Made by a program: the position numbers and the translations under genes
In this document: piece after piece, positions 18,486 through 27,093 of the stretch
How the letters are laid out: every line of letters starts with the position of its first letter
How positions within the stretch are numbered: the first letter of the stretch is position 1
The notes under the pieces: generated by a model
The model's database searches: none
The model's input: the letters and a program-made list of their open reading frames with translations, nothing else
What the model was told of the DNA's origin: nothing
DNA from: Candidatus Saccharimonadales bacterium
Lineage (GTDB): Bacteria > Patescibacteriota > UBA1384 > 2-12-FULL-50-11
Assembly (NCBI GenBank): GCA_035480235.1
Contig: DATIHX010000008.1
Coordinates: 26,845 to 90,844, forward strand
Direction of reading: 5' to 3'
DNA length: 64,000 nt

Positions 18486-19744
18486 GCAGAATCATCTTAC
18501 ATTTAGACATGAACTCGTACTTCGCCACCATGGAGCAACAGGCCTACCCGAGCTTAAGAGGCAAGCCGGTGGGCGTGGCGGGAAAAGGCCAAAACGAACG
18601 AACGGTCATTACCGGAGCCTCGATTGAGGCGAAAAAGTTTGGTCTGTATTCGGGTATCTCAACCTGGGAAGCCAAGCGGCTATGCCCGGAGCTAATTATT
18701 ATTCCGGCCGATTACGATCGCTATATTTTTACTAGTAAACGGATCTTTAGCCTACTGGAGCGTTTCACGCCCACCGTTGACGTTTTTTCCATTGACGAGT
18801 GCTTCCTAGAGCTACCAAATTCCACCGACTGGGCAACCGCCGAAAAGATGGCTCATCAAATTAAAAAACTGATCCAGACCCAAATAGGGAGCTGGCTAAC
18901 CTGCTCAATCGGCATCTCGTACGGCAAAACTTTGGCTAAGTTAGCCAGCGAGCTGCAAAAACCCGACGGTTTGGTGGTGATTCGGCTGGAGACGTTTGCG
19001 AAAATGGCGGCCGTAACCCCCGTCCAAGAGCTTTGCGGCGTCGGCCACCGTATTCGGCCGCGGTTGAACCAACTGGGTATTACAACTATTAGCGAGTTAG
19101 GCGCCGCGCCGCCAAAAATGCTTATTCAAACATTTGGCAACCATACCGGCAGCTGGCTGCACCGGATCGGTAACGGCCTGGACGATGATATACTGCGATC
19201 GTTCCGCGACTTACCGCAAGAAAAATCGGTGGGCCACTCGTACACGTTGCCGCGCGACGTTAATTCACTGGAAGACGCTAAAAAGGTTTTACTGCTATTA
19301 AGCGAACGGGTGGGCGTTCGGCTGCGCCGTAAAAACCTGATCGGCCGAACAGTTTCGGTCTATATTCGCTTTAACGACCGAACTGGTTGGGGTCAGCGAA
19401 AATGCCAAAAAGAGTTTGTGCTGGACGGCTACCAAATTTACCAAGCCGGTGTTCAACTCATCCAGTATTTGCCGCCCAGCCGGCCGATTCGGCTGGTGGC
19501 GATTACCATTAGCGACTTAGCCAAACAAACCGAAACGACCCGACCATTATTTGAAACCGACCGTCGGCACGAGCAGCTAATTAAAGCCGTTGATCGCGTT
19601 AACAGCCGCTACGGCGAATTCACCGTTCATCGGGCAGTTTTAGCCAAAATCAAATCCCGGATTTTTAACCTGCCGGACGGGCGGGTCAAACGCCTTTACT
19701 TGCCACAAGTGACGGAGGTAAATCCGTTCACCAAACGGATTTAA
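18482..19744 (+). CDS. dinB: DNA polymerase IV (Y-family).
   Basis: ILHLDMNSYFATMEQ...SIDECFLEL blocks. Confidence 0.92.
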   Translation: MSRIILHLDMNSYFATMEQQAYPSLRGKPVGVAGKGQNERTVITGASIEAKKFGLYSGISTWEAKRLCPELIIIPADYDRYIFTSKRIFSLLERFTPTVDVFSIDECFLELPNSTDWATAEKMAHQIKKLIQTQIGSWLTCSIGISYGKTLAKLASELQKPDGLVVIRLETFAKMAAVTPVQELCGVGHRIRPRLNQLGITTISELGAAPPKMLIQTFGNHTGSWLHRIGNGLDDDILRSFRDLPQEKSVGHSYTLPRDVNSLEDAKKVLLLLSERVGVRLRRKNLIGRTVSVYIRFNDRTGWGQRKCQKEFVLDGYQIYQAGVQLIQYLPPSRPIRLVAITISDLAKQTETTRPLFETDRRHEQLIKAVDRVNSRYGEFTVHRAVLAKIKSRIFNLPDGRVKRLYLPQVTEVNPFTKRI

Positions 19745-19815
19745 CGGTTACTTTTGAGGCTAATTTGTTGTATAATCGACCCATCCTGCAAAGGACGCAA
19801 ATTAGGAGCTAAAAA

Positions 19816-20409
19816 GTGATGAGAAACAAAGATTTCCCCCCACTCGTGAGATTCGAACGCATTGTCTGCGCCTTTATCATCCACCCCAGGACCCACCGAG
19901 TTCTAACGGTCCGGATGGATGGGAACGCCAAGCCCCCAAGCAAGCTTTCCAAAGGAACGGAGCGTCACTTACCCGGAGGAAATGTCAAACACAACCAAAC
20001 GCCCGAAGTCGCGATCCGGCACCAACTGTTAGACAAACTCAACATCACGGTGGAAAAAGTGCACGAATTCATGACGATGGTTCGAAGCGGCACGCTCAAA
20101 GATCCTAACGGAGAACCAGTGTTGGGCGGCAAGGTCTTTGTAACGACCTACTGGTACATTATCGAGCCAGCAGAGCAAAGCTTGGCCAACATCCGAGTAA
20201 ATCCAGGGTTTGACTTAATGGTCGAAAGTGAACTTTGGTCCGAGTTTCATCAGCTGATCGATGGCGACTCCGAGCATTGTTTAGGTGCCACCGCCGGTGA
20301 ACGAACGCCCTATTTAGATATCCAGCCTATCTGGCCGTACGGACACTCGTACCAAAAGCACGAAGCCCCTAGGGAACAAATCGGTTTGCAACAAGCCAAA
20401 CACGATTAA
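19816..20409 (+). CDS. Hypothetical protein with a degenerate Nudix-like box (LPGGNVKHNQTPEVAIRHQLLDKLNI).
   Basis: Weak motif. It sits between dinB and lexA. Confidence 0.45.
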   Translation: MMRNKDFPPLVRFERIVCAFIIHPRTHRVLTVRMDGNAKPPSKLSKGTERHLPGGNVKHNQTPEVAIRHQLLDKLNITVEKVHEFMTMVRSGTLKDPNGEPVLGGKVFVTTYWYIIEPAEQSLANIRVNPGFDLMVESELWSEFHQLIDGDSEHCLGATAGERTPYLDIQPIWPYGHSYQKHEAPREQIGLQQAKHD

Positions 20410-20415
20410 GTCGCC

Positions 20416-20440
20416 GACCCGCGCCCTGCGGGTCTTTTTT
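20416..20440 (+). terminator. Intrinsic terminator GACCCGC-gccct-GCGGGTC + TTTTTT.
   Basis: Seen directly. Confidence 0.7.
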
Positions 20441-20453
20441 GTAACTACCACCC

Positions 20454-20482
20454 TTGACACGTTCGGTTTTTGTTCGTAAGTT
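20454..20482 (+). promoter_or_regulatory. lexA promoter: TTGACA (20454-59), a 17-nt spacer made up of the GTTC-N7-GTTC box (20461-20476), then TAAGTT.
   Basis: Seen directly. Consistent with autoregulation. Confidence 0.6.
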
Positions 20483-20506
20483 GGAGATAAGTAAACAAGG
20501 AGGCGC

Positions 20507-21115
20507 ATGCTCACACCCAAACAAAAACAAATTCTCGATTTCATTCAGGCTTTTATCGGTGAACACGATTATGCGCCGAGTTACCGGGAGATCGCTGACC
20601 ATTTCGAGTTTAGTTCGGTGGCGACGGTCGCCGAACACGTGGATAATTTGAAAAATAAAGGCTACCTTTCCAGCGACGAATCTACCTACCGGTCGCTGAA
20701 AGTCACTGGCGTGGAGATCGAGCAGGGCGGCAGTTTCCTAGGCTTCTTAGTGCCGCTAATGGGGACGATCCAAGCCGGTAAGCCGATCGAGGCGGTGCGG
20801 ACCAGCGAAACATTGGAAATTCCCCGCGATATGATGACCAAAAACGTCTTCGCCCTGAAAGTGAAAGGCGACTCGATGATCGAGGACGCCATTATGGAAG
20901 GGGATTACGTTGTCGTTGAGCCGTGCGAGTCGCCCAAAAACGGCGATATTGTGGTAGCGCTGATTAATAAAGACGAGGTGACGTTAAAGCGTTTTTACCG
21001 CGAGAAAGACCACATTCGTTTGCAACCGGCCAACCGCAAATATCAGCCGATTCGCGTCAAAAAGGTGATTATCCAAGGCCGGGTGCGGGGTGTAATCCGA
21101 AAATTTGGCGGCTAA
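20507..21115 (+). CDS. lexA: LexA repressor (S24 peptidase).
   Basis: N-terminal wHTH. C-terminal blocks VKGDSM and KR..V.G.V. Confidence 0.92.
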   Translation: MLTPKQKQILDFIQAFIGEHDYAPSYREIADHFEFSSVATVAEHVDNLKNKGYLSSDESTYRSLKVTGVEIEQGGSFLGFLVPLMGTIQAGKPIEAVRTSETLEIPRDMMTKNVFALKVKGDSMIEDAIMEGDYVVVEPCESPKNGDIVVALINKDEVTLKRFYREKDHIRLQPANRKYQPIRVKKVIIQGRVRGVIRKFGG

Positions 21116-21343
21116 GCCAAACTGGGGAATACGTTTAACCTCCGCCGGTAGGCGGAGGGCTATGAGGATGTATATATCCCCTTATAGTGCAAATGAAACA
21201 CTCCAAGGGGCGCAAGAGCTAGCTAAAGAACATGGTTCTTGCGGCGCACGAGGTTGCAAGGCTCGCGGCAGCACGAGGCTGCTGAACGCTGAAAAAATTA
21301 TCTAATAATAATTATATTGTGTCAAGGGCCAGGGCTGTGGTAT

Positions 21344-21601
21344 ATGTTAACTATGCCGCGAATCAGCCAACGGAAATTATTCTTATTCGGCCGGTACTCA
21401 TTAGCATTATTACTGCCGAAAAAATGGCTACGCGAACTGGGCATAGAACCGGGCGCGAAGGTGCAATTGGAGTTCGATAAAACCCGCTCACGGATTGTGA
21501 TTCGGTTAAACACCGCCGCCCCCACCAAACCAGCTAAGGGAACCCAAAGCCCGAAAAGACTCGCCAAGGACGCTGGCTGGCAACCCATCCCGCCACTATA
21601 A
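21344..21601 (+). CDS. AbrB/MazE/SpoVT-like swapped-hairpin DNA-binding protein, tentative.
   Basis: GRYSLALLLPKKWLRELGIEPGAKVQLEFD...RIVIR pattern. The start is uncertain. Confidence 0.4.
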   Translation: MLTMPRISQRKLFLFGRYSLALLLPKKWLRELGIEPGAKVQLEFDKTRSRIVIRLNTAAPTKPAKGTQSPKRLAKDAGWQPIPPL

Positions 21602-21652
21602 GTTCTCGGCCAGGGAGCTTGAGAAATATTGCAGCAAAGCTAAGCTGGGTAT

Positions 21653-22198
21653 ATGGCCCGCGATTTTGATTTTGTCCGCCAAAGACCCAACAACCAACCG
21701 GCTGCTCCGAACCAGCCGGTTAAGCCGCTACCGAGAAGCGTCGTCAGCTTACCGCGACCGGGCAAAAAAATATCAGTCTGGATCTGGGTGGTTATCGTTT
21801 TCTTACTGGTGGCCTGGGTGGTGTTCTTTTATTTTCTCTCATTGAAACCGGCCGCGGTCAGCCGAAATACAGCGCCCACGGTTTCGAGTGGCGTGGCAAG
21901 CGGCGGCACGGCCGTTCTGGGCGCCCAGACCACGAACGCCCTGACAATAACGCTTTATAACAGCGGCGCCGGTAGCTTGGCGGTTGACGCTTTAACTCAG
22001 AAACTAAAAACCCAAGGTTACACCACTCAGAACTCGGGCGACTCACAGTTCCAGCTCGATCAAACCTATATCTGGTACCAACCAGCCTATTTGAACGACG
22101 TCCAAAAAATTCAAACACTCCTTGGTAGTAAAAAGGTGGCGTTACGGCCTTACAGCGGCACCGGACCGTACCAAATCCTCATACAGCTTGGTCCGTAA
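21653..22198 (+). CDS. LytR_C (LytR cell-envelope-related transcriptional attenuator C-terminal) domain membrane protein.
   Basis: TM helix followed by ITLYNSGAGSLAVDA...TYIWYQPAYLNDVQKIQ. Confidence 0.7.
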   Translation: MARDFDFVRQRPNNQPAAPNQPVKPLPRSVVSLPRPGKKISVWIWVVIVFLLVAWVVFFYFLSLKPAAVSRNTAPTVSSGVASGGTAVLGAQTTNALTITLYNSGAGSLAVDALTQKLKTQGYTTQNSGDSQFQLDQTYIWYQPAYLNDVQKIQTLLGSKKVALRPYSGTGPYQILIQLGP

Positions 22199-22215
22199 AA
22201 ACGGCCCTAAAAGTA

Positions 22216-22244
22216 TTGACCACTTTTGTGAGATCTGCTAAAGT
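22216..22244 (+). promoter_or_regulatory. Sigma70-like promoter TTGAC-17-TAAAGT.
   Basis: Seen directly. Confidence 0.5.
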
Positions 22245-22250
22245 GTTTCT

Positions 22251-22496
22251 ATCCAACACGGAAATTGGGCTAACCAATGAAGTGGCGGTGAAACACACAA
22301 GACTCTGGCAATAGCTAGAGCAGGAGCCCTACCAATGTCAACGCACTCCCCGCCTTGCCCGGTCAACGCACATTATTTAGGATTGGTGATTTCGAACGCT
22401 GGCACGATGGCCGGCAACACGGACAAGCACGGTGACGCGACCTGACGGTCGGCGCCCACCCAGCCCTCGGCATCGCCGGGGGCTCCCTTTTTATAT
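22251..22496 (+). ncRNA. Candidate stand-alone small RNA of about 245 nt, running from a promoter to an intrinsic terminator (GCCCTCGGC-atc-GCCGGGGGC + U-rich, 22463-22496). Its 5' and 3' ends can pair into a 6S-like closing stem. Identity unknown.
   Basis: No credible ORF. The promoter, terminator and end complementarity (GGGCU...AGCCC) were read by eye. Confidence 0.4.
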
Positions 22497-23045
22497 TTGC
22501 CAAATCCAGAATTTCCTTTCATCATAAGTATAATGAATACTTACCCCAATCAGCGTGTTGGCGTCTTTGTGGATGTACAAAATCTCTATTACAGCGCTAA
22601 GGCGATGTACGAAAGTAACGTCCATTTTGGCCGGGTTCTGGAAGCTGCCACCAAAGGCCGACAGCTAATCCGGGCATTTGCCTACGTGATTAAATCGGAA
22701 GCCCCGAAAGAACAGGGCTTTTTTGAGGCTTTGGAAAAAGCCGGCTTCGAAGTCCGGACGAAAGATATCCAGGTTTTTGCCGACGGTCAGAAAAAAGGGG
22801 ACTGGGACGTCGGGATCGCCATCGACGCCGTTAAAACGGCTGATCGCCTCGACGCGGTGGTCCTAGCCACCGGTGACGGCGACTTTATTCCGCTGGTGAC
22901 GTATTTGCGCGAGAACAAAGGCTGCCGGGTGGAAGGCATCTCTTTTGGCCGCAGCACTTCAACAAAACTGATTGAGACGCTGGATTCTTTTACCGACCTC
23001 GACGAAAAAGTTAGCCATTTCGTCTTCCGGTCGCGTCATGCTTAA
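22497..23045 (+). CDS. NYN (LabA/YacP-like, PIN-like) domain protein.
   Basis: RVGVFVDVQNLYY...DWDVGIAIDAV...LATGDGDF. The start may be the TTG at 22497 or the ATG at 22533. Confidence 0.7.
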   Translation: MPNPEFPFIISIMNTYPNQRVGVFVDVQNLYYSAKAMYESNVHFGRVLEAATKGRQLIRAFAYVIKSEAPKEQGFFEALEKAGFEVRTKDIQVFADGQKKGDWDVGIAIDAVKTADRLDAVVLATGDGDFIPLVTYLRENKGCRVEGISFGRSTSTKLIETLDSFTDLDEKVSHFVFRSRHA

Positions 23046-23763
23046 ACTTAGTCACGTTTCGGTTAAAAGTGGCTGGAGCGCTGGATTGAACGATATCTCA
23101 CTAACCGCTCAAACGGGGGAAGTTGTCGCGATTATCGGGCCAAACGGCAGTAGTAAATCACTTTTATGCCGAACCATCGCCGACCCGGATATTGGCTTTA
23201 ACGGCCAAATTATTATTAACCATTTTGACGCCCGAAGGGAGCCCGACAAAACCAAACGGCAAGTTGGCTACGCGGCCGCGGAGCGTCAAATGGAGCCGTA
23301 TCTAACCGGCTTTGAGTACCTGGAGTTAATCGGTAGTTTTTGCCAACTGGCGCCTGGCGTCAGAGAGCGGCAGATTTTGACGCTAGCCGAACAATTTGGC
23401 TGTGTCGGCGAACTTTACACCTTAGGTGAGCGCCAAACCCTGGCTCTCAACCAAAAAATCCGCTTAATCGCTTCGCTTTTAGCCGAACCGCCGCTGGTCG
23501 TTTGGGACGAGCCGACTTTATTTTTAGACGAACTCGGCCGACAGCAGGTAATGTTATCCGTCAAAAAACTGGCAAAAAATGGCACGACGGTGGTTATGGC
23601 CACCAACGACGTAGCACTAGCCGAGACTATCGCCGACCGAATTGTGGTAATGATGGGCGGTCAGGTGCTAACCGAAGGAACGGTAGGCCAAATCAATCAA
23701 CTGGCTGGCACGCCGCGCCGCGATTTGGCAGCCGCCTTTCGGCATTTAACTGCTCATGATTGA
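23038..23763 (+). CDS. ABC-type ATPase with slightly degenerate motifs.
   Basis: Walker A GPNGSSKS, a degenerate signature TLGERQ, and Walker B LVVWDEPT. Confidence 0.65.
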   Translation: MLKLSHVSVKSGWSAGLNDISLTAQTGEVVAIIGPNGSSKSLLCRTIADPDIGFNGQIIINHFDARREPDKTKRQVGYAAAERQMEPYLTGFEYLELIGSFCQLAPGVRERQILTLAEQFGCVGELYTLGERQTLALNQKIRLIASLLAEPPLVVWDEPTLFLDELGRQQVMLSVKKLAKNGTTVVMATNDVALAETIADRIVVMMGGQVLTEGTVGQINQLAGTPRRDLAAAFRHLTAHD

Positions 23764-25162
23764 CTGGCAGCTGATTAGTTGGCCGGTCAAACGGTGGTTG
23801 CGGCACACACCCCAAGTTAGCGAAGCTGGCTGGTGGCTGACGGTAATCATCAGCGTTACCTACGTCATTACCTGCGATGTTTTTTACCGGTTGGGCTTCC
23901 AGCAGCCCAGTTTACTCGAAATAACGGTCGGCTTTTTTTTAGTTCTTGGTTACGCTCTTGGGCTTTGGCTTGGTTACAGCCGCGTGCTCGGCCAACGGCC
24001 GAACCAGTGGCGGTTAGTTAATCGAATTAATTGGGCCTACCGAGAAATGCTGCCGGGTCTGATAATTTTCCTCCTGGTGGCCGGCGCCACGCTCAACAGC
24101 TTCCTAGCCGGAGCTCAAATTGCCGCCGGCCGCAGCGACGGGTTAATTTTCGTCCAAAACTTTGGGCTCTTGGCCGCCGTGGCCGGCACCGTTATTTTTG
24201 GCAGCTCACTTTCGGTGATAATTAAGGCGATCAGCCGCTCGGGAGTGGTCCGGTTAGCGACCTTAGCCCTGGTAATCTATGCCTCAATTCAGCTAGCCAC
24301 TTGGTTACGGCTACCGCTTAGCGCCTTGGTCAACAGCTTGACGGCGGCCGACTCGAATCAGATTACGCTATCGGTCGTCGGCCTGATCGGATGGTTTGGC
24401 TTGACTGTAGCGATTAGCGAACTGATTTTGCCACACTGGCCGATTAACCCCAAACCAGCCCGCCAATTTATCGCCACCCGCCTGCCAACCAAGGGTCTAG
24501 GTGGCTTTGGGCCGGGCACGGCCATCTTCAGCGCCGAAATTATTCGTTTTCTGCGCAGCAGCCGCTTGTTGCGGCGGTTTATTTTAGCGGTAGCAATTGT
24601 AGTTGCTGGCCTGGTGACATTAAACTTGTTTAGCCACATTTACCCGCAAAATGCCGAACAGCTCTTTATTACCTTGCTGGCTCTGACGATTGGTTGGCTA
24701 ATGGCCCTGATCGGCCAAGATAGCGGTTGGGCGGCAGCCGAACGGATCCAGCAGTACCGAATGTGGCCAGTCGGTTCCCGGAAAATTTTAACGGCGGTTT
24801 TCGCTAGTGGGGTCGCTGTTGCCGTCATCGTGTCGGCAGTTTTGATTGAATTATTCGCTGCTGGCGCTGCCCCGATCAGCCAACTCTTTCTACTAACTGA
24901 AATAGCTTTACTGGTTTACGGCGCGGCGTTTGTTGCCGGTCGGGCCGGTCACCAGCTCGTTAAAACCACTGACGACTCGTGGCTTGGCGAAATCGCCACC
25001 GGAGCGCTGGCCCTGCTAGTGATGATTTTCGGCGCAATTGCCCTATTTTTCTTTGGCATTGTGGTGCCAAGCCTGACCGCCTTAGTGGTAGCGGCTTGGG
25101 CTGGCGGCGTCGTGCTAATTTTTGAGCGATTACGCCGGCGAAACGAAAGCAATAGCCGATGA
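23756..25162 (+). CDS. Polytopic membrane protein, a likely permease partner of the preceding ATPase.
   Basis: Many hydrophobic segments, and an overlapping start. Confidence 0.55.
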   Translation: MIDWQLISWPVKRWLRHTPQVSEAGWWLTVIISVTYVITCDVFYRLGFQQPSLLEITVGFFLVLGYALGLWLGYSRVLGQRPNQWRLVNRINWAYREMLPGLIIFLLVAGATLNSFLAGAQIAAGRSDGLIFVQNFGLLAAVAGTVIFGSSLSVIIKAISRSGVVRLATLALVIYASIQLATWLRLPLSALVNSLTAADSNQITLSVVGLIGWFGLTVAISELILPHWPINPKPARQFIATRLPTKGLGGFGPGTAIFSAEIIRFLRSSRLLRRFILAVAIVVAGLVTLNLFSHIYPQNAEQLFITLLALTIGWLMALIGQDSGWAAAERIQQYRMWPVGSRKILTAVFASGVAVAVIVSAVLIELFAAGAAPISQLFLLTEIALLVYGAAFVAGRAGHQLVKTTDDSWLGEIATGALALLVMIFGAIALFFFGIVVPSLTALVVAAWAGGVVLIFERLRRRNESNSR

Positions 25163-25271
25163 AGCCGGTCCGGGAACACGAAACCTATGGCAGGCGGTTG
25201 CTACGCCGGCTAATTATTGCTGGGCTGATTCTTTTTATTGTCTTGAGTTCTTTGTTACTCTTTATACCAAA

Positions 25272-26633
25272 ATGAACCCAATCAGCATTCCCAATTGGCT
25301 AAAAACTTTGGCCGAACAATTTCAAGCCAAAGGCCGGCAATTTTACATCGTTGGTGGGGCGATTCGCGACGGCTTGCTCGAACGAGAAATTAACGAATGG
25401 GACGCCGCTACTGACGCCAAACCAGCCGAAATCGCCACTATTTTACGCGCCGCCGGCTGTCGGCAGATCGGCACCATCGGCGCCAAATTCGGCACAATCA
25501 CCGCCACTTTTGAGAACGAAACACTGGAAGTCACTACTTTCCGCACCGACCAATACCAAGCAGACTCTCGGGCACCGGCCGTCCAGTTTGGCAGTTCACT
25601 TTTAGACGATTTAGAGCGACGCGATTTTACCGTCAACGCGATCGCTTTCAACCCTTTGAACAACGCCCTTCATGATCCGTTCCACGGTCAGACCGATTTG
25701 AAAGCCAAGATTATCCGAGCCGTTAATGAACCAAAAAAGCGTTTTGAAGAAGACCCCTTGCGGATGCTCCGGGCCATTCGCTTAGCTGTTCAACTTGATT
25801 TCACGATTGAAAAGGAAACGTTAGTAGCGATCGAAAAAGAAAAAGAGCGAATGGGCATTTTATCTGCCGAGCGAATCGCCCAAGAATTCAATAAAATCTT
25901 GTTAAGCGAAAAGCCGAGCCAGGGGCTCGAACTGATTGTTGAAAGCGGCCTCATTAGCTACGTTTTACCGGAATTAATCCCGTCAATTGATCTGGAATTT
26001 GACCCGGGGGAACATAAAGACATTTATCACCATATCTTACAGGTACTTGATAATACCCCGCCGCGCTTGGAGCTACGCTGGTGCGCCCTACTCCACGACA
26101 TCGCCAAGCCGCTGACCCGCAAGAAAATCGGCGGCGAGTACCACTTTTTAGGCCACGAAGTGGTTGGCGCTCGGTTAGCCAAAACGATTCTCCGCCGGTT
26201 GAAATACTCCAACGAGTTCGTCGATTACGTTAGTAAGTTGGTTTACTTGCACCAGCGCATCCCGAACGATCAAGGCAACTGGACCGACGGTGCCGTCCGC
26301 CGGTTTGTCCGCGACGCCGGCGAGGCGCTACAAGACCTATTCACCTTCGCCGAAGCTGACTCGACCGGTAAAAACGAGCGTAAATTAGCCAAATATCGCG
26401 CTGGTCGCGACGAATTGAAGAACCGGATCGAAGTGCTCGAGAAAGAGGCGGAGATCGCTAAAATCAAAAGCCCACTGTCTGGCGAAGAATTAATGAAGCT
26501 GTTTCACCGCCCAGCCGGACCATGGATCAAACCGATTAAAGAAAAACTGCTAGCGCTAGTGCTCGACGGCGAGCTGAGCGAAAAAGATAAAACCAAAGCC
26601 GAAGAAATTGCCCGAACAATCGTCAAAAACTAA
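25272..26633 (+). CDS. cca: CCA tRNA nucleotidyltransferase (class II polymerase-beta head plus HD domain).
   Basis: FYIVGGAIRDGLL...RRDFTVNAIAF, HD motif around LLHDIAKP. Confidence 0.85.
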   Translation: MNPISIPNWLKTLAEQFQAKGRQFYIVGGAIRDGLLEREINEWDAATDAKPAEIATILRAAGCRQIGTIGAKFGTITATFENETLEVTTFRTDQYQADSRAPAVQFGSSLLDDLERRDFTVNAIAFNPLNNALHDPFHGQTDLKAKIIRAVNEPKKRFEEDPLRMLRAIRLAVQLDFTIEKETLVAIEKEKERMGILSAERIAQEFNKILLSEKPSQGLELIVESGLISYVLPELIPSIDLEFDPGEHKDIYHHILQVLDNTPPRLELRWCALLHDIAKPLTRKKIGGEYHFLGHEVVGARLAKTILRRLKYSNEFVDYVSKLVYLHQRIPNDQGNWTDGAVRRFVRDAGEALQDLFTFAEADSTGKNERKLAKYRAGRDELKNRIEVLEKEAEIAKIKSPLSGEELMKLFHRPAGPWIKPIKEKLLALVLDGELSEKDKTKAEEIARTIVKN

Positions 26634-26657
26634 AAAACCGCCGAATGGCGGTCGGGG

Positions 26658-27053
26658 TCAGGCAGCTTGGAGGCTCGGTAACTTCAATCCCATCTCCCGA
26701 AGGATGCTTTTCAGCCGAATGATTGGGTAGCTCTCCGCTCTCCCAACCGGTGGGTGAAAACAGACGCAGTTGAGTGACCGCATTTGCACGTCGCGGTACA
26801 CTTTCATCGGTTTATGGTTAGTCAGCGACGCTGGTGAGTAAATTTCGACCGCCTCAACCTGGTCGAGATACTCCTGATAGCAATCATGATCGGCGATAAT
26901 GAGAATATAGCGCCCTTCTTCGCGAACTGTCGAACGGGCAGCTAGGCCCGGCACCAACAGGTCCGGCTCAAAGACGATGATCAGTATTTTTCGTTCCATC
27001 ATAAGGTGCTCCGATATATCCAAAATTCTAGCATAAAATTGTTTAGTTGTCAC
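26658..27053 (-). CDS. Hypothetical protein.
   Basis: ORF only. The terminator for this gene is ACCGCC-gaat-GGCGGT + T-run at 26634-26655. Confidence 0.4.
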   Translation of the reverse strand: MTTKQFYARILDISEHLMMERKILIIVFEPDLLVPGLAARSTVREEGRYILIIADHDCYQEYLDQVEAVEIYSPASLTNHKPMKVYRDVQMRSLNCVCFHPPVGRAESYPIIRLKSILREMGLKLPSLQAA

Positions 27054-27093
27054 GACTTGGCAGACGCAATAATCGCGGTTAAGCTAATTAAAG

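Noticed and set aside
21105-21305. 66-aa ORF after lexA.
   Set aside because: It overlaps a perfect 8-bp hairpin (CCTCCGCC-ggta-GGCGGAGG) and repeat-rich GC hairpins. It is more likely a 3' structure or intergenic sequence than a protein.
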